This document shows, piece by piece, positions 11,604 to 22,992 of a DNA stretch of 64,000 nt. Origin of the DNA: Octopus vulgaris (taxonomy: Eukaryota); assembly GCA_951406725.2 (NCBI GenBank), contig OX597814.1:216132001-216196000 (forward strand). The letters are read 5' to 3'. Within the stretch, counting starts at the first letter, position 1. Each line of letters opens with the position of its first letter. The notes beneath the pieces are model-generated. The model was not told the origin of the DNA. It saw only the letters and a list, made by a program, of their open reading frames with translations, and searched no databases. The position numbers and the translations under genes were made by a program.

Positions 11604-13232
11604 AGGGCTTACTGGCGATTGTCAAACAATTCAGTGACAACATCAGAATGCAATTTGGCCTCGATAAATGTGCAAAAGCTACCTTTATCAAAGGAAAAAT
11701 GACAGAAACATCTAACGTTAACCTTGACCAGCAGAATGTTATAAAAGAAAATTAGACCCAGCAGAGAAATACAAGTACCTAGTGGTATTTGAAGGGGACG
11801 GAATAAGGCATTCAGAGATGAAGGAAAGGATCAGGAGAGAATGTTATCACAGATTAAGAGCAATACTCAAGACAGAGCTGAATGCGAGAAACAGGATCTA
11901 AGCGATCAATACATTAGCCATACCAGTCGTGACTTACAGTTTCAATATCGTTAACTGGTCAATTACTGAAATATGTAATCTTGACAGAAAAATACGAAAA
12001 CTGTTGACAATGCATAGAATGCACCACCCTAAGGCAGATACAGAACGACTTTATCTGCCAAGAAAAGAGGGAGACTGTGGACTTTTACAATTGGCAATAA
12101 CAATGAAGATTGCTACAATTGGCCTAGACACCTACCTGAAAAACTCTGAGGACTGGATGTTAAAACTTGTCTCAAAACATGAAAACAAGAAAGCATCATA
12201 CTCAGTAACAAAACAGGCAAAGGAATATCTAAGTGAATTCCGAATACAACAAATTTCGGAATTAGGCATAGACATACAAGAAACGGGCACAGAAAAAGCT
12301 AAGCGCATGAAAACCCGTGCTGAAACTGCGGCCTTAGATATTCTGAATGATAAATGGCAAGAAAAATCTCTCTATGGCAAATACCCAAAGAGAGCGAATA
12401 ATGCAGATGTTGACAAAGCCCTGACCCATCAATGGCTAATGGCCTCTGGCTTAAAATCTGAAACAGAGGGGTTTATCATAGCAGCTCAAGATCAATGCCT
12501 ACCAACAAGAAACTACCACGCCAACATATTAAAGAACAGCAGTAGCCCAACATGCCGTGTATGTCAACAACAGGCATGATAGACCTGCATAATATATTTA
12601 CTGGGTAATCTGCAAAAACCTGGATTTGCCCCATGAAAAAACTGGTGGGAGCACAAACCACCCCCAGTGCTTAAAAATGACCACATCTCACTCCACTGGA
12701 ACTTCCCCATTCAAACTGACAGAAAGATAGATGCAAATAGGCCAGACATCATATTGAAAGACTTCAGACAAAGAACATGCCTCCTCATTGATATGACTGT
12801 CCCAATCGATATAAACGTATCTGTCAAAACCTACCAAAAACTGAGCAAATATAAAGATCTTGAAATAGAAATCAGCAAAATGTGGAACCTGAAGACTAAA
12901 ACAATACCTGTTGTCATAGGTGCCCTGGGAATGATAGCAAAAGGGGCTGATTGCTACCTAACTCAGATACCAGGAAACCTCAAAATGGCAGAAATTCAAA
13001 AGATAGTGCTCATGGGAACTGCTCATATCCTACGCAAAATACTTTCTATGTAATCTCAAGGTTTAAAACAAACATTTTTTTTAGACATCCACTAGTACAA
13101 CACCAAAAAAAACAACCAAATATATGGCACACTAGGCATAACAACAACGTGAACTTCCAACCTGTTGTCTCTTGAGGTCTCTGGGTGAGACTTGGAGCCA
13201 ACTTGTACAAATATAAAGCAAAAGTCAAACAT
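11604..13232 (+). mobile_element. Dong/R4-clade LINE, 5'-truncated (RT thumb, CCHC region, RLE), flanked by (TAA)n
   Basis: LDRKIRKLLTMHRMHHPKADTERLYLPR, GLKSETEGFIIAAQDQ, RPDII...LIDMTVP...KLSKYKDL...PVVIGALG. Confidence 0.9.
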
Positions 13233-13262
13233 AGAATAATAATAATAATAATAATAATAATA

Positions 13263-13300
<38 letters not shown>

Positions 13301-13303
<3 letters not shown>

Positions 13304-13818
13304 TCTATCTCATGATAGCACTGAAACATAAATTCCCACAGGTTCTTTGCATCATCATCGAAAATGATAATGTAAAGATCCTGTGGGATTTTATGATTCA
13401 GTGCGACCATGAGATAAAGAATAGGAAGCCAAACATAGTCTTAATTGAGAAAGAAAGCAAACGATGCTGGATCATAGATACAGTATGCCCAGCAGACAAT
13501 AAGGTATGCGACAAGGAAAAAAGAAAAGTCGATAGATATGAGGTTAACTTGGGAGGTTAAGCAGTTGTGGTTGATGAAAAAGGTGGTAGTAGTAATAATA
13601 ATTGTTGGAGCCCTGGAAATAGTGAGTAAAAATCTTGAGAAGTACATGGAACAAATAGGGGCTGCAATAACGGTGGAGCACTTGCAGAAAACAGCACTTC
13701 TTGGAACCGCTTGAATACTCTGGAAGGTGCTCGAAAAATAAGAGGTGTTACCTTAGTTCACAGGTAGTGAACATGTGACACCGTGGTACATCTCCCGTGT
13801 TAAAGCTGTGCAAAGGAA
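13301..13818 (+). mobile_element. Dong/R4-like RLE 3' fragment
   Basis: ENDNVKILWDFMIQCDHEIKNRKPNIV...IID; flanked by (TTA)n/(TAA)n. Confidence 0.85.
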
Positions 13819-13842
13819 ATAATAATAATAATAATAATAATA

Positions 13843-14334
13843 AATTCGTTTATTGGCCACAAGGGCTTACATAAAATTACATTAAACATATACAACATAA
13901 AAGACGATACAATGGGTTTTGCAACAATTTAAAACTCCCAATAGGGGAAGCGCATGAAGGGCCTTGTGAAAAAAACCATACAAGCCACAGGTACCTGAAC
14001 GACAAGGAAAGAACCCTTCTTTTGTTTACAGGTCCACGCTCAGAATTGGTCCTTTCACACTGGTCATTATTCCACCATTCACCCACCTTTCAACAAACTT
14101 GCTACAAGGCAACACTTCCCTCTCCACCCTCAATTTCCTTTTCAAATGAAACTTGAAAAAGTTGATGTGGACTTGGCTAAAGAGAAAGGCACCTGTCTTT
14201 ATCCCTTTCAAACGGATCCACCATACTACCTCTTTCGCTACAGCCACTAGACAAATAAAAATTGCCTTCCTCCCCCAATCAAAAGAGAGCGGCGGGGCAA
14301 TCTTCACAATGGATTCAGCTGATAGCCGGATCCG
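13843..14334 (-). mobile_element. L1/Tx1-like LINE 3' fragment
   Basis: C-terminal helical peptide LVAVAKEVVWWIR...FVERW resembling Tx1/L1 ORF2 ends; bounded by TAA repeats. Confidence 0.45.
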
Positions 14335-14360
14335 AATAATAATAATAATAATAATAATAA

Positions 14361-15695
14361 TGTGCTTAACTGGAATACCAGTGAAATAATGAAAATTGAC
14401 AGAAGAATCCGCAAGCTACTGACTTGTAATAAGATGCACCATCCAAAGGCAGACGTGGATCGCCTTTACCTTCCCAGAGCTCAGGGAGGACGAGGTTTGA
14501 TCCAGCTTGAACTTACATACAAAACCACCACAATCGAACTGGCCAAATACCTTGAAGCAACCAACGATTGGATGCTAAAACTTGTTGAAAAACATGAAAG
14601 ACCGAAAAAAATTCACTCTATTCTCAAAGAGAGCAAAAAATTCGCTACTGATCTCTTAGATACCTACCAGATTGATCAGGCTGAAGGAAATGCGCCAACT
14701 GCTGCTGCAAAGAAAATAAAATTAATTGCAAAGACAAAAGCGCATGAAAAATTAGCTAGCAGATGGGAATAGAAACCTCTCCATGGCAAGTATGTGGCCC
14801 GTAGCAAACAAGCTGATGTCGACCAGAAACACACGCACCAATGGTTACGAAGCTCAGGGCTAAAAGCAGAGAGTGAAGGTTTCATATTAGCTGCTCAAGA
14901 CCAATGCATATTAACCCGGAACTACCAAGCCAATGTGATAAAAAATGGAGCTGACCCAAAATGCTGATTCTGTAACGATGAGATTGAAACAATAGACCAC
15001 CTAATCTCAGGGTGTAGAGTCTTAGCACCTGTAGAATATAAAGCAAGACATGATAGAGTCAGCCGGTATTTACACTGAACAATATGTCGGCATTAGAAAA
15101 TCAAAACCGCTGGCAAATGGTATAAACACCATCCTGAAGCTGTGACTGAAGAAGAAAATGTGTCGATTCTATGGGACTTCCCCGTGCAGACCGACAAGAC
15201 TATAAAAGCTAATAAACCGCATATTATCATAAAAGATCAAACAAAAAGGATGTGTTTATTAATTGACATGAGTATTCCTTGCGATCACAATATAGCAGCG
15301 AAAGATATTTGACATGATTAGTAAATATAAATAGACTTGCTAATAGAAATTGAAAAAATGTGGCATCTCAAGGTGACTACATTTCCAGTGATTGTGGGAT
15401 CTCTAGGAATGATTTAAAAAAAGGTACTGAAACCTATTTGAAAATGATACCAGGCTTACCATCCCTACAGGAAGTGCAAAAAATCGTGTTAACTGGAACG
15501 GCTCATGTACTGAGAAGAGCACTATCGCTGTGAAAACAACATCCATTCAGGAATTTATTTATTTATTAATTTTTTAAATACATATTTTACCTGTGAATTT
15601 GCGTGTGTAATCTGGGAATGCATACAATGAGCTTCTCTGCCCTAGGTGTACGGAAAACACTTGCCGAGAAACAAGAAAATTTGAAGAAAGAAGGA
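14361..15695 (+). mobile_element. Dong/R4-clade LINE, 5'-truncated, degenerate
   Basis: IDRRIRKLLTCNKMHHPKADVDRLYLPRAQGGRGL, LHGKY, RHD and RLE motifs with stops; starts in (TAA)n. Confidence 0.9.
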
Positions 15696-15759
15696 ATGAT
15701 GATGATGATGATGATGCATCAAGAGCAATATAAAGAAAACTGTAGAAAACTGTGTAGTA

Positions 15760-16350
15760 AATAAACTGTCATCTAAATTACTCAAAAATGAAAATAACAC
15801 TGTCATCTCATTTGACAGATATATTTACCAAAATTACATAAAAATATCTTGAAATAATAAAGAGTAAATTTACTCAATAAAATCGCCATTGGCTTCAACC
15901 ACAGCCTCCAAATGACTTCGGAATCTTCTGCAACTCTTCTCTACGGTCTCCTTGTATAAGTTGGCGAATGCTGCTATAATCCTTGCCTTCAGTTCATACT
16001 TGGTAATACAAGGATTTTTATTGGCTTCTCGCTCAACTGCGTCCCACACATAATAGCCAAGTGGATGGCAATCTGGGGAGCTAGGTGACCAGACTTTAGG
16101 AGTGATGTGGTCGCAAGAATTGTCTGGCAGCCTCATGAGGCTGCCAAACAATTGTATTACCAAGTATGAACTGAAGGCAAGGATTATGGCAGCATTCGCC
16201 AACTTAAACAAGGAGACCGTCCAAAAGAGTTGCGGGAGATTCCGAAGTCATCTGGAGGCCATGGTTGAAGCCAATGGCGATTTTATTGAATTTATTTACT
16301 CTTTAGTATTTCAAGATATTTTTATGTAATTTTGGTAAATATATCTGTGA
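15760..16350. mobile_element. Tc1/mariner transposase C-terminal remnant present as an inverted duplication
   Basis: WSPSSPDCHPLGYYVW (SPDLNP-type motif) on the minus strand; arms ~15814-16010 and 16153-16349 both encode ELKARI...FRSHLEAxVEANGDFIE. Confidence 0.8.
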
Positions 16351-16867
16351 AAGGTTTCTTTCAGAGTAATTTCCTCAGAGTAATATGTGACAAAGTGAAA
16401 TGAAAGTGTTTTTGTTTTCATGACGGCCGTTGGGAATAAACTTGGGCAAAAGGGTTTGAGAAATGTTATAAGAAATTCTGGGAATCTTTTCTTCGCTGTA
16501 AATCCATAAATTTCTCGAAACATAGATCCGTCAATGCCAGACCACTTCATATCGCCCAAATGACCCAGCGATATACTTCGACTATCTTCTGATTCGGTGG
16601 GTTGCGGTAATCTCTGGGTTTTTTTTTTTTGGTCTTCTTTAATTGAAATTTTACAAACAGTTATTCTTTTCAAAATCGGAAATCTCCATAGCCGAAAACG
16701 TGGGATTCCATAAAAACAATTTTTTTTTATCTAAAGGGGCAGACGGGTCCCTTTATGTCTCTGCCATGTGTACGTTCAGTGAATTTATGGAATTTACCAA
16801 ATGCCATCTCATTCTTTTTTTTTTTCTTTTCTTTTTCTTTACTACCCACAGAGGGGACAAACATAAA

Positions 16868-17340
16868 GGGGGTCTTTTCCTTTTGAACGGCAGTTTTCAA
16901 CACAGTTTCTAGTTAACTAAACACTCTAAAACTTCGTATACTGGTAGAATGTGTCAAAAGAAAACATTATTTGGATCTTTTCAGTTTGAATGGCAGTTTT
17001 TAACATAGTTTCTAGTTAACTAAAAAATGTTAAACTTCGTATACTGGTAGAATGTGTTTATAAAACATCTTTTTCTCTTGGCTTTATTGAGAAAATTCTA
17101 TGGTTTGTAAGATATTTGATCTTTAATTTCTTCAATTTCTGCAATTTCAACCAATCACTGGCATCTGTTGAGTTAAAAAGCATTCTATGCCATATGAATA
17201 TGTCCCTTGTTTAAGAAACACATTGGGTTTATTTACATTTGTGAAGAAAAAAAGATACCCTTCCCCCACCCCTAACCCTAACCCTAAAACAGATTGAAAG
17301 ACAATAGATCGATACTAGGGTCATAATTATGGGTGACACC
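16868..17340. repeat. Non-autonomous repeat with ~105-bp internal tandem unit and CCCTAACCCTAACCCT (possibly HINE/DINE-1-like)
   Basis: Duplicated TTTGAAYGGCAGTTTT...AAACTTCGTATACTGGTAGAATGTG; class assignment tentative. Confidence 0.35.
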
Positions 17341-17362
17341 GCTAGAACAAACATAGATCCAA

Positions 17363-17840
17363 GTGTGGTTGAGAAGCTAACTTCCTGATCACGTGGTTTC
17401 AGGTTCAATTCCACTCACAGCATTTTGGACAAGTGTCTTCTGTTATAGGTCAGTGGTTGGCCAAAGCCTTGGGAGTGGATTTCGTTGATAGAAACTGAAA
17501 GAAGCTCATCATTTATACATACATATATACTTTTTTATAAAAGGTGTATACAGCTCATTGGAGCACTTCTATTTCCAGTCCGTTGTATATCTTGAGTGTT
17601 GTTGTCACTCAAGATATTACCTTATATTTTGTAATACATACATATATATATATGTGTGTGTGTGTGTGAGGGTGAGTAGCCAGGTGTTGACAGCACACGA
17701 TGGTTGTAAATGAACATCACCATCACACAAGTGATGTTGTGTCATTTCCAGTCCTCCATGAAAAACATGTCTGACCGTGGAGAAATATTCCCTCATTTGG
17801 AAACATGTGGCACTTGGCTACAGGAAGGACACCCAGCCAT
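17363..17840 (+). mobile_element. Degenerate SINE family 2-related pieces
   Basis: Head GGTTTCAGGTTCAATTCCAC...TTTGGACAAGTGTCTTCT...GAAACTGAAAGAAGC; 3' piece with CAGGAAGGACACCCAGCCATAG. Confidence 0.6.
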
Positions 17841-18394
17841 AGACATTAAATTATGGTGCACAGACATACACACACACATATATACATACACATGTACGTA
17901 CCAACACGCATGAACACACACACACAGTATACATGCACACAAGAGCTTTATATACATCCACTTGCTTGCACACACAGTTACATCTCATAGCCTTATACAC
18001 ACACACATAAACCAAAGGCATGGACATACATACACACATGCATAGATACTTATACACAGTAGTCTCATACACATGTGTGCTCACATACATGTGCCAAGTT
18101 CATAGTTGTCTCCCTTGTCACTCGTACCTCAAGTCAGCTCTCATAGATGTCTCCCTGGGTTGCCAGAGCCACTGACACCTTCAGCAACCTCTTCCTCCTC
18201 CAATCATTTCAGCTTGTAGTGACACTCTGACACAAGTTTCTCCTCTTCTCTCTCTCTTCTATTCTTTCTGTCAAAGAGTAGACTCAAAATGTTAGACACT
18301 TCCTAATTTCTCTAAGCATAAAGTTGATACACTATTTTCCTTTACTTCGTCATCATGTTTTTATACCTTTTGCACTACACACACACACATATCA

Positions 18395-20690
18395 TTCATC
18401 ATTTAACATGTGCTTTCCATGCTGGTATGGGTTGGACAGTTTGATTGAAAACTGGTAAGTGGTGGGGCTGCACCAGATTCTGATACCAACCACTCCAAGA
18501 GTGAAGTGGGTGTTTTCTATGTGCCATTGGCCTAACACCAGCATCGTCAGTGACTACGGTCTCACTTGGTTTGACAGCTTTACACAAGCACAGTATATCG
18601 CCAAGGGTCTTGGTCACCTGTCACTGGCTCCATGACACCCAATACCCAAATGGTGCTTCTTACATGCCACTGGCACAGGTGTTATTCAGATGGCACTAGA
18701 ACCGGCCATGACTATTGTTTCACTCAGTTCGACAGGTGTTCACAGGCCCAACAATTGAAGTGTGCTTTTAATAGGCCAGTTATGCTACACTGGCATTGGC
18801 CACAACTATGATCTCACTTGGCTTGAAGGGGCTTCTTAAGGACATTGTATCTCCAAAGGTTTCCATCACTTGTCATTGCCTCTGTCGGGCCCAACATTCG
18901 AAGATCGTGCTTCACCACCTAATCCTATGTCTTCCTGGGTCTAGCTCTTCCACAGGTTCCCTCCACCATTAGATTGCGACAATTGTTCACACAGCTGTCC
19001 TCATCCATACACATCACATGGCCATACCAATGCAGTCGTCTCTCTGGCACATCACACCTGATGCTTCTTATGCCTAACTTTTCTCTCAAGATGCTTACAA
19101 TCTGTCATGCATGCACACTGACATTACACATCATGTGAAGAATACTAGCTTCATTTCTTACAAACCTAGGTATGTCCTCAACAGTCACAGCCCATGTTTC
19201 CCTACTTGTGTAGCATAGCTGTTTGTACACATGCATCATACAGTTTGCCTTTCATTCTGAAAGAGAGACACTTTGTTACCAGCAGAGGTAGGAGGTCTCT
19301 GAACTCTGCCCAGGCTATTCTTATTCTAGCCACTACACTCTCAGAGCATTCAACCCCTGATACTAACTTGGTCACCTAGGTAATGGAAGCTATTGACTAC
19401 TTCTAGATTCCCCCACTGGCATGTGAAAGAATCTATTTTATGTATACTTTTGGTGTTTATTGTACCAGTGCACCTTCCACATACATAACCTATTTTCCCT
19501 GTTAACCTTCTAATATTGTTGTACCTCTTACATGTCCATAGCTTATAGAGTACACCTTTTCTACAGATTGAGCAGAGCCATCTACCTAAAGGGATTTGTG
19601 ATTTGTCCACCTTCCTGCTTACTAAGACTTTGGCTTCTGCAAGCTTAACTCTAAGGGCCTGCGATTCCAGACCTTGCTTCCATACATGAAATTTCTTATC
19701 TAGTTCCGGTAGTGATTCAGATATCAGAGCAAGGTCATCGACATAGAGGAACTCCCAGAGGCAGCCTGTCTTAAATTCCTCTGTTATTGCCTGGAGGACT
19801 ATGATGAATAAGAGGGGACTGAGGACTGATGATTGGTGAACCCCTACTTGCACCTTGAATTATTCACTATACTCATTGCCAACCCTCACCTTACTGACAG
19901 CATCCCTATATATAGCATATACAGCTCACACCAACTACTCATCTATCCCTAGTTTCCTCATTGACCACCAGATAAGGAATCTGGGGACCCTGTTGAAGGC
20001 CTTCTCTATGTCAACAAAAGCCAAGTACAGAGGTTTAGCTTTGGCTAGGTATTTCTCCTGCAGCTGTCTTACCAGAAATATAGCATCATTGGTGCTTCTA
20101 CCTGGCACAAACCCAAACTGCATCTCATCTAAACTAACTCCATCCCTAATTAGTTGGGTTATGACCCTCTCAGTGACTTTCATCGCCTGATCCAACAATT
20201 TAATACCTCTGTAATTTCTCCTATCTAATACGTTACCTTTATCTTTTTAGCAGTTGACTATGGTGCTGCTACACCAGTCATTGAGTATGACTCCTTCATG
20301 TATCACCTGGTTGACTATACAGGTGACTAGACTATAGCCTACACCGCCAGATATTTTGAGCATCTCTGCATTGATTCCTTGTGGGCTGGGATTTTTCCCT
20401 GTCTTCATATCCTTAATTCCTTTATCTGCCAAGGTACTGTCAATTTGGATAGCTGGTCCCTTATTTGGGTCTCTCTCTCTCCCATTCATTTTCTTCATTT
20501 AGCAACCTTTGATAGTGACCTCTCCAAGTCTCTTACTTTGTAGCATCATTAAATGCAAGTGGGCCATTATCCTTGCAGACACATTTCTCTCCTATGACAT
20601 TGTGACTTTCTCTTACACACTCTTGCAATTTGAAACACTTCAAATCTCTGATACTCATGATGTAAAGTCCCAAAAGTTTCTACCTCTGTT
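18395..20690 (-). mobile_element. RTE-like LINE (RT domain to 3' UTR), degenerate
   Basis: QFGFVPGRSTNDAIFLVRQLQEK, FVDIEKAFNRV, GVHQSSVLSPLLF, LYVDDLAL; 3' tail ending in (TGA)n. Confidence 0.9.
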
Positions 20691-20699
20691 GGCTCCTAC

Positions 20700-21208
20700 C
20701 TGTGTGTGAACAGCCATGCTACACAACAGTTAGACATGGACTGTGACCACGGAGGATATGCATAGGCTTAAAAGAAATGAAGCTAGTATGATTTGCTGGA
20801 AGTGCAATGTCAGTGTGACAAGGTGTAAGCATCCTGAGAGAAAAGTTGGAAATAAGAGGCATCAGATGTGGTGTGCAAGAGAGACGAATGTGCTGGTGTG
20901 GTCATGTGATGCGTACAGACAAGGAAGAACTGTGTAAAAAAAGTGACAATCTCTAAATGTGGAGAGAACACGTAGAAGAGGTAGACCCAGGAAGACACAG
21001 TGTCATGTAAATGGCACCTGTGCCAGTGTCACATAAAAAGCACCCATTTCACTTTGGAGTGGTTGGCATATGGAAAGGCATCCAGCTGTAGAAACTCTGT
21101 CAAATCTGACTGGAACCTGGTGCAGCTCTCCAGCCAATCAGTTTCAGTTAAACCGTCCAACCCATGCCAGCATGGAAAGTGGATGTTAAATGACGATGAC
21201 GATGATGA
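20700..21208 (+). mobile_element. RTE-like LINE 3' fragment
   Basis: TEDMHRLKRNEASM; tail AAGGCATCCAGCTGTAGAAAC...CCAACCCATGCCAGCATGGAAAG-(GAT)n. Confidence 0.8.
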
Positions 21209-21273
21209 TTTACATTTTCTACTAATCATTCTTTAAAGAGAAATTTCTTGAAATAAGTGTTTTATTTTCTTAC

Positions 21274-21396
21274 GTCCAATAATGTTGAACCAAGAGTTAT
21301 AGCGTTGTCTGACTCTGAAGTATTTACGAGAGGCCATTTAGCTCTGGAAGCCTTCTTCAACTGAATAACCAAGTTTCTTTCCTTGAACAGCTTAAC
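21274..21396 (-). CDS. Candidate internal exon (123 nt, phase 0-0): VKLFKERNLVIQLKKASRAKWPLVNTSESDNAITLGSTLLD
   Basis: Acceptor TTTCTAACAG, donor GTAAGA, only one open frame; unique sequence between repeats. Confidence 0.6.
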
Positions 21397-21548
21397 CTGT
21401 TAGAAATTACTTATCACATGACCATCAGCCTGAGTCATGTGATGTGGTAAGCAGGTAAATTGTGTGAAGCAGACAACACTGCCATATGAGTGATATATAC
21501 ATGAAACAAAAATTACAAGAAAGGTTTTAAAATGCACCATATATACAT

Positions 21549-21582
<34 letters not shown>

Positions 21583-21989
21583 TCTCTTTCTCTTTTCTCT
21601 TTTACTTGTTTCAGTCATTTGACTGCGGCCATGCTGGAGCACCGCCTTTAGTCGAACAAATCGACCCCGGGACTTATTCTTTGTAAGCCCAGTACTTATT
21701 CTATCGGTCTCTTTTGCCGAATCGCTAAGTGACGGGGACGTAAACACACCAGCATCGGTTGTCAAGCAATGCTAGGGGGACAAGCACATACATACACACA
21801 CATACATACACATATATATACATATATACGACAGGCTTCTTTCAGTTTCCGTCTACCAAATCCACTCACAAGGCATTGGTCGGCCCGGGGCTATAGCAGA
21901 AGACACTTGCCCAAGGTGCCACACAGTGGGACTGAACCCGGAACCATGTGGTTGTTTAGCAAGCTACTTACCACACAGCCACTCCTGCG

Positions 21990-21991
<2 letters not shown>
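21583..21991 (-). mobile_element. Full-length SINE family 2
   Basis: GGCGCAGGAGTGGCTGTGTGGTAAG...GGGTTCAGTCCC head; tail GGCGGTGCTCCAGCATGGCCGCAGTCAAATGACTGAAAC. Confidence 0.9.
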
Positions 21992-22024
<33 letters not shown>

Positions 22025-22098
22025 TCGGCTAAAATTTTAAAGACTACATGTTTATTATGGACTTCTGGTCACATGTGCAATGATATATAGCAACTAAC

Positions 22099-22151
22099 CT
22101 GAACATTACCTGCACCATGCCTATACATGTGTGTTGCAACGAATTCCTTTC
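22099..22151 (-). CDS. Candidate exon (53 nt, phase 1-0): (R)KEFVATHMYRHGAGNVQ
   Basis: Acceptor TTTTCTGTAAATTTTAAG, donor CAG|GTTAGT; in phase with both neighbouring candidate exons. Confidence 0.5.
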
Positions 22152-22467
22152 CTTAAAATTTACAGAAAAGCATATTTTTTAATGAGATTTTCTATAAATA
22201 TGCTTCAGATGGTATAAATTCCAATTCTACTGGAATTTGTTGTAAAAAAAAATGTTTCAAAACAAATATCTGCAATTTTTATTTTCATATTAAATTCCAT
22301 TATTATCGTAATATACACACTCTTAAAGGTATTTGTGAAAATTTCCATTTAAAAATAACCATTTTCCAAAAAGTTATAAGGAAACAAATTGTAATTGTGT
22401 GAATTTTCTGAAACTCCTCTCTCCACTCCCTCAAAAACATTTTTTTCACACTAAATTTCCAACTTAC

Positions 22468-22489
22468 TGGAATCTGCACCATCTGAAGC
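22468..22489 (-). CDS. Candidate micro-exon (22 nt, phase 0-1): ASDGADS
   Basis: Acceptor AAAACAG, consensus donor GTAAGT; phase matches the next exon. Confidence 0.4.
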
Positions 22490-22519
22490 CTGTTTTAATG
22501 TATTAAGCAAAAAAGTTCT

Positions 22520-22990
22520 CAGTTGTAAGGGTGAGAACTGTTGTCCATGTCTTTGTGAGTCTCTCTACAGAGACTCACAATTAGAGTGGAAGGTACCTTT
22601 GCCAGGTGTAGGCACTTCAACAGCCATGAATGAGGGATAGAGTCGAATGCCTTCTTATAGACAAGCCATACTGTCACAAGGTTTCTGTGTTGTTTACTTA
22701 CTTCAGACAGGACGGCTTTGTTTATTAAAAGTCGTTTGCCACATCCCCACACTCCTTCCTTTCCATCAGCCTGTTCATCAGTCACAATGTTGTTCGACTC
22801 ACAATGGTCCTGGAGGAATTGGTTGTGGCAACTTGCGTGGGCCTGTAGATTCCTGCCATCTTGGTGATTTCATGTTTGGCAACAAGATTTTGTCCTTGCT
22901 GTAGCAAGCCAATTTGGCATATCAGCCTGACCTTCCATACTCCTTTTGAACTTACATATCAATTGGTTTCTTTAAAATGTCAGCTTCTTG
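22520..22990 (-). mobile_element. Dong/R4-like RT fragment
   Basis: EQ.GKEGVWGC..LLINKAVL...VWLVYKKAFDSIPHSWL. Confidence 0.8.
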
Positions 22991-22992
22991 TA

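Noticed and set aside
16311-16810. Unique-looking sequence with a 120-aa minus-strand ORF
   Set aside because: No motifs, no convincing splice sites, and the ORF ends in a transposon remnant
17271-17287. CCCTAACCCTAACCCTA as telomeric sequence
   Set aside because: Under three units and internal to a dispersed repeat
21940-21991. tRNA gene
   Set aside because: A/B-box-like sequence is a SINE head with no complete cloverleaf
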